From contig CAZHYJ010000005.1 of the NCBI GenBank assembly GCA_964536725.1, positions 3,084 to 67,083 on the forward strand: a stretch of 64,000 nucleotides of DNA. Direction: 5' to 3'. This DNA comes from an uncultured Gammaproteobacteria bacterium. Lineage in GTDB: Bacteria > Patescibacteriota > Patescibacteriia > Magasanikbacterales > GWA2-37-8. A program made the position numbers and the translations under genes. This document shows positions 32,091 through 39,523 of this stretch, one piece after another; within the stretch, counting starts at the first letter, position 1; each line of letters begins with the position of its first letter. The notes under the pieces are model-generated. The model was not told the origin of the DNA. It did no database searches and was given only the letters and a program-made list of their open reading frames with translations.

Positions 32091-32142
32091 TATATTCGCT
32101 AAAGCAATATATTCTCATTCACCTCATTCCTAATCGAATATG
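32091..32142 (+). repeat. Leader element F2, related to 12054-12135
   Basis: tatattcgctaaagcaatatattctcattcacctcattcctaatcgaatATG; promoter TTGACC-17-TAAAAT at 32040-32068. Confidence 0.75.
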
Positions 32143-33558
32143 AAACGCTTTGAACTTATCTTCACTTTCCTTCAACTACCTCTAGATTACCTTGCCATTA
32201 TCCTTGCCGGCTTTGCCGCCTATGGCTTGCGTTTTTCTAATATTGTCACCTCCATCCGACCGGTAGTTTTTAATCTAGGATGGGAAAAGTATTGGCCGCT
32301 TGTCTTGATGGTGGGTGTTGGTTGGTTAATTATCTTTGCCCTAAACGGACTGTATAAAATTGACCCCAACCGCAAATTCGCCGCTGACATTTCCCGCATC
32401 TTCATGGCCTGTTCGACCGGCTTTGCTGCCATCACTATTTACGTATTTTTCACTTTACAAAAATTTGATTCCCGCTTTTTGGTTTTAGTGGGTGGAGTTT
32501 TGGCGATAGTTTTTGTGATATTCGAACGCATGGCTATCCGTGGTACTAAAGCAATTCTTTACCATTACGGAATCGGACTACGCAGACTTGTCATTGTTGG
32601 CAATGAAAATATTTCCCAAATAATCGCCGACTCATTTAAACAAAAAAAATATCTCGGCTATTCCGTAGTTGGTATTTTTAACCACTTTGACGAAGAGACA
32701 AAAAAGCAAATTAAAGATCTTCGTCCTGATGAAATGCTTTTAACTGACCCAAAAGCATCTGAAGAAGAATCCCTGCAAGCTGTAGATTTCGCCAACGAAA
32801 ATCACCTTACTTTCAAATATTCCGCTGACCTTTTTGCCACCATTTCCACCAACATGACAGTATATGCAATTGCCGGCATCCCGATCATTGAACTCCGCCG
32901 TGCCCGCATCGGTGCTTGGGGCAGAATCAGCAAACGTTTACTGGATATTATTCTTGGATTGATTTTAATGATCATTCTCTCCCCTGTTTACTTCATCATC
33001 GCTCTCGGAATTTTAATCGAAACCGGTCGCCCGATAATCTACAAAAATGAACGTGTAGGACAAAAAGGAAAAAAATTTACTACTTTGAAATTTCGTTCAA
33101 TGTACCAAAAATATTGTACTGGTACACAATTTGATACACAAAACAAAGCGGCGTTGACTGAAGAAGAAAAACTAATTGCTAATCAAAGTGTGAAAGACGG
33201 ACCAGTATACAAAATTAAAGATGATCCAAGAGTGACCAAATTTGGCCGCATCATTCGTGCCTGGAGTTTGGATGAATTACCCCAGTTTTGGAATATTGTA
33301 AAAGGCGAAATGAGTCTGGTTGGACCACGCCCCCATCAACCCCGCGAAGTGGCGAAATATGAGAAATGGCAAAAGATAGTGATGGTAGCTAAACCTGGTT
33401 TAACTGGCATGGCACAAGTTTCTGGACGCAGCAATCTATCCTTCGACGAAGAAGTAAAACTCGACACTTTCTATATCGAAAACTGGTCGCTGTTGTTAGA
33501 TTTAATTATTTTAATTAAAACACCTTTTATCGTCATCAAACGCAAAGGTGCTTGGTAA
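32140..33558 (+). CDS. Polyprenyl glycosylphosphotransferase (WcaJ/WbaP-like initiating sugar transferase)
   Basis: KRLLDI, KFRSM, DDPRVT, SLDELPQFWN, GEMSLVGPRP, KPGLTG. Confidence 0.92.
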   Translation: MKRFELIFTFLQLPLDYLAIILAGFAAYGLRFSNIVTSIRPVVFNLGWEKYWPLVLMVGVGWLIIFALNGLYKIDPNRKFAADISRIFMACSTGFAAITIYVFFTLQKFDSRFLVLVGGVLAIVFVIFERMAIRGTKAILYHYGIGLRRLVIVGNENISQIIADSFKQKKYLGYSVVGIFNHFDEETKKQIKDLRPDEMLLTDPKASEEESLQAVDFANENHLTFKYSADLFATISTNMTVYAIAGIPIIELRRARIGAWGRISKRLLDIILGLILMIILSPVYFIIALGILIETGRPIIYKNERVGQKGKKFTTLKFRSMYQKYCTGTQFDTQNKAALTEEEKLIANQSVKDGPVYKIKDDPRVTKFGRIIRAWSLDELPQFWNIVKGEMSLVGPRPHQPREVAKYEKWQKIVMVAKPGLTGMAQVSGRSNLSFDEEVKLDTFYIENWSLLLDLIILIKTPFIVIKRKGAW

Positions 33559-33562
33559 AACT

Positions 33563-34681
33563 ATGCGAATCGCCCTAGTACATGATTATCTCGCGCAAGA
33601 TGGAGGGGCGGAGCGCGTCTTGAAAGCTCTCCAAGAAATTTGGCCTAGTGCGCCAATTTTTGTGTTGTTTCACGATCCCAAGAAAATCAACTACATCCCC
33701 ACTGAAAAAATTACTGAATCATTTTTAGCAAAAATGCCTTTTATTCGCTCGTCGTTCCCGTGGTACCTATCACTAATGCCGGTGGCCACTGAACGCCATG
33801 ATCTAAGTAAATTTGACATCGTCATTTCTTCTTCTAGTGTCTTCGCTAAAGGTGTAATCACCCCACCACACGCTTTGCACGTTTCCTACTGCCACACACC
33901 CGCCCGCTTCCTCTGGGCAGATGGTCACCACTATTTGTCTGATCTAAAGAGAAGTTGGTTGGTTAAAAAAATCCTACCCATCATAATGCACCGCCTGCGC
34001 CTCTGGGACCAAATGAGTACCCAAAGAGTCGATCGATTTATTGCTAATTCCCACACAGTTCGTCAACGTATTTTAAAATATTATCGTCGTGAAAGTGTTG
34101 TTATCTACCCGCCCGTGAATATTACCCCATCCTCAGTCAACCGAATTGGACAATATTTTATCGCCGGCGGACGCTTGGTCCCTTACAAACGCCTAGACAT
34201 TGCCGTTAAAACTTTCAATCGTTTAGGTTGGAATTTAAAGATATTTGGTACTGGACCAGAATTAAATTATCTCAAAAAAATCGCTAAACCAAATATCGAA
34301 TTTTTAGGAAAAATATCCGAAGAAGAAAAAGCTAATTTGCTTTCTGGCGCACGCGCTTTCATCCACCCGCAACTAGAAGATTTTGGCATCACCCCCATCG
34401 AAAGTATGGCCGCCGGCCGTCCCGTTATCGCCTATGGCCAGGGTGGCGCTACTGAAACTGTGCGCCATAATATTACTGGTGTGTTTTTTCCTGAGCAGAC
34501 TTGGGAATCGCTCTATGAGGCGGTAGTTAAATTTAAACCGTTTGAATGGGACACAGAAAAGATCAAAGAACACGCCACTAAATTTAGCACGGAAAAATTT
34601 AAGACGGAAATAAAAAAACAAGTCGAGGACTATTACGAGGAGTTTAAAAAAGGATGGAATCAGTGCCAGTTGATAAAGTAA
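33563..34681 (+). CDS. GT4 glycosyltransferase (WbaZ-like)
   Basis: VHDYLAQDGGAERVL, YCHTPAR, EDFGITPIESMAAG. Confidence 0.9.
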   Translation: MRIALVHDYLAQDGGAERVLKALQEIWPSAPIFVLFHDPKKINYIPTEKITESFLAKMPFIRSSFPWYLSLMPVATERHDLSKFDIVISSSSVFAKGVITPPHALHVSYCHTPARFLWADGHHYLSDLKRSWLVKKILPIIMHRLRLWDQMSTQRVDRFIANSHTVRQRILKYYRRESVVIYPPVNITPSSVNRIGQYFIAGGRLVPYKRLDIAVKTFNRLGWNLKIFGTGPELNYLKKIAKPNIEFLGKISEEEKANLLSGARAFIHPQLEDFGITPIESMAAGRPVIAYGQGGATETVRHNITGVFFPEQTWESLYEAVVKFKPFEWDTEKIKEHATKFSTEKFKTEIKKQVEDYYEEFKKGWNQCQLIK

Positions 34682-34855
34682 AAAACAATAAAATAGCCAC
34701 AGTTACCTAGCGAAGTTTTGCTAAAAAAATAATAAGTTTTTAGTAAAATATCATTGCTTGAGGCCTCGCGGCCGAGTTATGATATTTTACGTAAGAAAAC
34801 TTATTATTTTTTTCAAAACGTAGCGCGGTAACTGTGGTTATTTTATTGTTTTTTA
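34679..34855 (+). repeat. About 177-nt palindromic element D filling the stop-to-stop gap between convergent genes
   Basis: Nested inverted repeats with apex tgaggcctcgcggccgag, identical to 39447-39464. Confidence 0.85.
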
Positions 34856-36103
34856 TCAATTAAACCCCAGAAAAGAAGTCACCACCAACGCCACCGTCGC
34901 TGCAATAATACCCAAAATCGTTAACCAAGCGATAATATTACCAATCGGCTTGTTGGTATGCTCCCCCATAATCCGCTTGTCATTTATTATCTTCATCACA
35001 AAAATCAAGATAAACGGCAATAAAATACCGTTAATATCTTGCGACCAAACCATGATTTTAATCAAAGAAATTCCCGGAATTAAGACCATTAATGCCGGGA
35101 TAAAAATAGTGAATAAAATAATGCTGTAAAATATTTTTCCATTCTCCCAAGTCGTATCAAATCCTGACTCCCAACCAAAAGCCTCACAAATTGCATAGGC
35201 AGTGGCCGTGGGTAAGATAAAAGCACCAAGCATCGAAGCCACAAACAAACCGAAGGCAAATAAAAATTGTGCTAAATCACCCGCTAACGGTCGCAAGGCC
35301 TGCGCTACATCTGATACATTATCTATACGAATGCCGTGTTTATATAAAGTAGCAGCCGTACCAATGATGATAAAGAAACTGACAATATTCGTAATAAAGG
35401 CACCGATAAACACCTCAACTTTTTCCGTTTTATAGTGTTTAATTTCCAACCCCTTGTCCACGACATATGACTGGATAAAAAACTGCCCCCATGGCGTAAT
35501 AGTTGTGCCAATTACGGCGATCATCATTAAAAGAAAGGGGGCGTTCCATTCTAATGTCGGCTTAAACATATCTTTCACTGCCGCACCAAAATCTGGGCCG
35601 ACCACAAACCCGTTAATGATGTAGACGATGTAGAAAAAAGAAAATACCAAAAATATTTTTTGTGTGGTTTTAAACGAGCCTTTGTACAGAATAAACCAAA
35701 CCACCAAAGCGGAAATCGGAACGGATAAATATTTACTAACCCCAATCAGAGAAAAAGAAGAAGCCACACCGGCAAATTCGGCGGTGACAGTACCGATATT
35801 GGCCACCAACATCAACAACATCGCTAACGTTGTCAATCGCACCCCAAAACTTTCACGGATAATACCGGCCAAACCCTGACGCGTAACAATACCAATACGC
35901 ACGCCCATCTCCTGAGTAACTGCTAAAGCAAAAGTAATTAAAAGCAACACCCACAACATCTTCGTACCAAAGTGGGCACCAGCAATCGAGTAGGTGGTAA
36001 TTCCACCGGCATCATTATCCGCGTTCGCCGCAATAATACCGGGACCAATCACTCCTAAAAAAAAGACAATTTTGACCCACCAATGACGAAGTTTTCCACG
36101 CAT
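34856..36103 (-). CDS. Nramp/SLC11-related divalent cation (probably Mg2+) transporter
   Basis: GPGIIAANADNDAGG, IGTTITPW; coupled to an MgtE_N/CBS gene. Confidence 0.85.
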   Translation of the reverse strand: MRGKLRHWWVKIVFFLGVIGPGIIAANADNDAGGITTYSIAGAHFGTKMLWVLLLITFALAVTQEMGVRIGIVTRQGLAGIIRESFGVRLTTLAMLLMLVANIGTVTAEFAGVASSFSLIGVSKYLSVPISALVVWFILYKGSFKTTQKIFLVFSFFYIVYIINGFVVGPDFGAAVKDMFKPTLEWNAPFLLMMIAVIGTTITPWGQFFIQSYVVDKGLEIKHYKTEKVEVFIGAFITNIVSFFIIIGTAATLYKHGIRIDNVSDVAQALRPLAGDLAQFLFAFGLFVASMLGAFILPTATAYAICEAFGWESGFDTTWENGKIFYSIILFTIFIPALMVLIPGISLIKIMVWSQDINGILLPFILIFVMKIINDKRIMGEHTNKPIGNIIAWLTILGIIAATVALVVTSFLGFN

Positions 36104-36108
36104 ATATT

Positions 36109-37326
36109 TTAAGCTTGTGGCACTAGATGACGCATCACATCATCAATCGTCACCATACCCAACATTCTTTTTTCGTCATCCAACACGACCGCAGTATACA
36201 AATCATATTTTGTCATCACCTTGATTACATCTTCAATATCCTGACCCACTCGCAAGATTGAACTACTTGGAAATGTTTTTAACAACTCTTTAATTTTTTT
36301 ATCTGCATCCGAAACCAACAGCCAACGCAAAGAAATCGCTCCTAAAAATTTATCTTCATCATCCAAGACATAGACATAAAGCACCGAACGCAAAGTTGGG
36401 GACAACTTTTTAACTTCCGCCACCGCCTCTTTAACCACCCACTCTGGTCGCACACGAATATACTCTGAAGTCATCAAACCACCCGCGGTATCGTCCTCGT
36501 ATTTAATCAACTTTTCAATCTTTTTTGCTTTTTGATTTTGCAAGTAAGACAAGAAAATGCGCGCCTCTTCCTTTGGCATCGTTTTCAACAAGTCCACGAT
36601 TTCATCAGTCGACATTTGACCCAAGATACTGGACATTTTTTCTGGACCCAAATATTTTACCAACACTTTCTGTAGATGGGGATCAACTTCTTCCAACACC
36701 TTCGCCGCCGATTTGGCGTCCAAGTTGATAACCAACTGACTACCCGCTTTAACATTCAAATCTTCAATAACATTAGCCAAATCTGCTGGATGCAGACGGT
36801 TCAAGTTTTTCGCTGCCGTATCTAGTTTCAAAATACCACGTACTGGTTGCGTGTGACGCCAATCAATCAAATTCACCTTTAACCAATTACCAAAATCTAT
36901 CCATTCCAAACCCATCCGACGCAACAACCCTTTGGTACTCACATCAATCCCCACAACACTCATTTTTTCCTTAAAAATGTTAAGACGTAAATCATTAACA
37001 CGCACCAAACGTGCGCCCGCCACATCGACAATCTGCTCATCCATTACATCACGCTTCAAATATACCCAACCACTATCGGTGATTTCCGACGTAGTCGATA
37101 TTTTTTTGATTGGAGTTTTTAGAAAAATAAAACGCCGGCTAAAATTGCCGACGAAAGAGTATGGTATCAAAATATTATCACCTGTTTCTTTACTTTCTAT
37201 TACCAAAAACTCTAGAGGTTGATATTCAGAAGCTTTGGAACTAATCAAAATATCTTTTAATCGTCCCACCACTTCATCGGCGCTGTCTTTAACTTTATGA
37301 TTTAGGAGCTCGCTTAAGTATGGCAT
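36109..37326 (-). CDS. MgtE intracellular-domain/CBS protein
   Basis: LHPADLANVIE, YEDDTAGGLMT, YDL...GMVTIDDV. Confidence 0.85.
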   Translation of the reverse strand: MPYLSELLNHKVKDSADEVVGRLKDILISSKASEYQPLEFLVIESKETGDNILIPYSFVGNFSRRFIFLKTPIKKISTTSEITDSGWVYLKRDVMDEQIVDVAGARLVRVNDLRLNIFKEKMSVVGIDVSTKGLLRRMGLEWIDFGNWLKVNLIDWRHTQPVRGILKLDTAAKNLNRLHPADLANVIEDLNVKAGSQLVINLDAKSAAKVLEEVDPHLQKVLVKYLGPEKMSSILGQMSTDEIVDLLKTMPKEEARIFLSYLQNQKAKKIEKLIKYEDDTAGGLMTSEYIRVRPEWVVKEAVAEVKKLSPTLRSVLYVYVLDDEDKFLGAISLRWLLVSDADKKIKELLKTFPSSSILRVGQDIEDVIKVMTKYDLYTAVVLDDEKRMLGMVTIDDVMRHLVPQA

Positions 37327-37530
37327 AAAAGTATTAGTTAGACGCCAATATTATATACCAAAAAATGAAAAAAAACAATCTAAAATAAAAAAGAAACAAC
37401 CGAGTGATTGTTTTTTAAATGAGAAAGGCGGTGGGAGGGCGACGCATCTTTCTGAATCCGACATAGCTGTCAGCTCACAGAAAAATATTGCGTCGCCCTT
37501 GCCTTATGGTGGGTGGAGCCGAGGTGGTCG

Positions 37531-37953
37531 TCACTTGGTGAACGGCCGCTCCCGTGGCGGCGCGGGTACGGACGGCTGAACGGCGGGGAACCCCGGGGCG
37601 AGACAGAAGATCTCTCCGCGCAGCCCGCCGGCTTCGTCGCTTGAGTACGCGACGCGGATCTCGTACCCCGGGGGGCAGATCCACTGCGAGGGCACCGGCT
37701 TGCCGGCGACGTCCGTCGCACGACACACCATCCCCACACCGCCCGCACCTCCTTCGTCATGGCAGCTCATCACGGCCTCCGAACGGACCACCACCGACGG
37801 CGTCGTTCGAGAGGACGACGTCCGAAGGGGGGGAAGCTCCTCGTCGTGTTCGCCGGCGACGATCGGCTTTCCGAAAGCCCCGCCACACCACGCCACGAGC
37901 ACGACGATCCCCACAGCCACCAGCACCGCAACCTTCTTCGATCCTTCCGACAT
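37531..37953 (-). CDS. GC-rich orphan exported Cys-containing protein (140 aa)
   Basis: AGGAGG SD before ATG at 37953; N-terminal KK plus hydrophobic signal; 43/60 GC at 37561-37620. Confidence 0.65.
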   Translation of the reverse strand: MSEGSKKVAVLVAVGIVVLVAWCGGAFGKPIVAGEHDEELPPLRTSSSRTTPSVVVRSEAVMSCHDEGGAGGVGMVCRATDVAGKPVPSQWICPPGYEIRVAYSSDEAGGLRGEIFCLAPGFPAVQPSVPAPPRERPFTK

Positions 37954-38064
37954 ACCGTTTGCCTCCTGGCAAATCAGCCCACCAATTTGGGCATTGTACC
38001 GAACAAAATACTTCATAAATATTCTGATCGGTAAAATCCCCAAAAACACCATAAGTAACAGCTA

Positions 38065-38107
38065 AAGATAGCAAACTTTTGCCTTTTTGTCAATATACTG
38101 TTAAAAT
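38065..38107. promoter_or_regulatory. Overlapping divergent sigma70 promoters
   Basis: Minus: TTGACA(38093-88)-17-TATCTT; plus: TTGCCT(38079-84)-17-TAAAAT. Confidence 0.65.
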
Positions 38108-38111
38108 CAGA

Positions 38112-38219
38112 GTAGAAGTTACACGTTTGGTATTTTTTGAGCGGGTTATGCGCCAAGGCACATCCTTTCGCCCTCGCGGGCGAAAAAAGCGAAAAAATTA
38201 CCAAACGTGTAACTTCTAC
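38112..38219 (+). repeat. Y-shaped structured element B in glycosyltransferase leader
   Basis: 21-bp perfect closing stem; same core as 28035-28147. Confidence 0.85.
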
Positions 38220-38227
38220 GAAACCAT

Positions 38228-39331
38228 ATGAAAATCGGCATCGACGCCCGCATGTATGGCCCTGCGCAAGGCGGCATTGGGCGATATATCGAACAATTAA
38301 TTAAGCAACTACAAAAAATTGACCAAAACAATCAATATATTTTGTTTTTACGTAAAAGCAATTTTGACGAATGCGAAATCACCAATTCAAATTTTAAAAA
38401 AGTATTAGCCGACATTCCCTGGTACAGTCTGAAAGAACAAACCGACTTTTGTAAGATAATCAAAAAAGAAAATATTGACCTGATGCACTTCCCCCATTGG
38501 AACGTGCCGCTGTTTTATCGTGGTAAATTTGTCGTCACCATCCACGATCTGATCATGTACCATTTTCCTCGCACCGAGGCTTCCACCCACGGACCAATTG
38601 TGTACTGGTTAAAAGACAAACTTCATCGTCTCATCTTATCCTCCGCCGCCAAGCGCGCTCAAGCCGTTATCGCCACCAGCGAGTTTACCAAAAACGACAT
38701 TGTTAAAGAATTAAAAATCAATCCAGAAAAAATTACCGTTACCTACCAAGCTCCATTTTCCCAGACTACCTCCATTGAATCACTCCCGACCGAAGTGAAG
38801 AAACCATACGCTTTGTATGTTGGTGCCGGATACCCACACAAAAATCTCCCTGCACTGTTGTGTGCCTGGAAAAAAATTGAAGGGATAAACTCCGAACTTA
38901 ACTTGGTGCTGGCTGGACGAAAGAATTTCTTCTATGATCAACTAACCAATTCCGTTGAATTTAAAAACTGCCAACGGATACAATATGTGTCCAACCCAAC
39001 TGACCCACAGCTCGAAACACTCTATCAAAACGCTGACCTCTTCGTTTTTCCTTCACTTTATGAAGGCTTTGGCCTACCACCACTCGAGGCCATGCTCCGC
39101 AATATACCCGTTGTATCTTCGAACACTTCTTGTCTCCAAGAAATTTTAGGCAACGCCGTTTGGTATTTTGACCCAACAGACACCGAAGACATGGCACGCA
39201 AAATTTTGATGACTTTTGACAACACTGATCTCCGCGACACTCTCCAAAAATCCGGTGTCGAACTACTAAAAAAATACTCTTGGGAGAAACTTACTTATGA
39301 AACACTTCACACTTATCAAAAAAGTGGATAA
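38228..39331 (+). CDS. GT4 glycosyltransferase (MtfB-like)
   Basis: MKIGIDAR, VVTIHDL, PHKN, FPSLYEGFGLPPLEAM. Confidence 0.92.
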   Translation: MKIGIDARMYGPAQGGIGRYIEQLIKQLQKIDQNNQYILFLRKSNFDECEITNSNFKKVLADIPWYSLKEQTDFCKIIKKENIDLMHFPHWNVPLFYRGKFVVTIHDLIMYHFPRTEASTHGPIVYWLKDKLHRLILSSAAKRAQAVIATSEFTKNDIVKELKINPEKITVTYQAPFSQTTSIESLPTEVKKPYALYVGAGYPHKNLPALLCAWKKIEGINSELNLVLAGRKNFFYDQLTNSVEFKNCQRIQYVSNPTDPQLETLYQNADLFVFPSLYEGFGLPPLEAMLRNIPVVSSNTSCLQEILGNAVWYFDPTDTEDMARKILMTFDNTDLRDTLQKSGVELLKKYSWEKLTYETLHTYQKSG

Positions 39332-39389
39332 CTTCCCAGAAAAACAATGCCAAAAGTTGTAAATTGATGTATAATAATGATAACGAAAA

Positions 39390-39497
39390 AGAAATTACGC
39401 GTTTGATATTTTTTGAGCGGGTTATGAAGTCCACAGACTTCATCCCTGAGGCCTCGCGGCCGAGGAAAGTGAAAAAATTATCAAACACGTAATTTCT
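39390..39497 (+). repeat. Y-shaped structured element C in DUF4012 gene leader
   Basis: Closing stem agaaattacgcgtttgata/tatcaaacacgtaatttct; same core; TATAAT at 39370. Confidence 0.85.
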
Positions 39498-39523
39498 AGA
39501 AAATCAATTTAAACTTGGTTAAA

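Noticed and set aside
34856-37326. Nramp-like plus MgtE_N/CBS pair as a novel system
   Set aside because: This pairing is already known for Nramp-related magnesium transporters.
37470-38074. Six alternative overlapping ORFs in the GC-rich island
   Set aside because: High GC suppresses stops. Only 37531-37953 has a promoter, SD and signal peptide.
28035-39497. Elements A-D as a CRISPR array or integron attC sites
   Set aside because: They are kilobases apart with no repeat-spacer periodicity. The GTT/AAC ends are inverted relative to attC, and no cas or intI gene is in the window.
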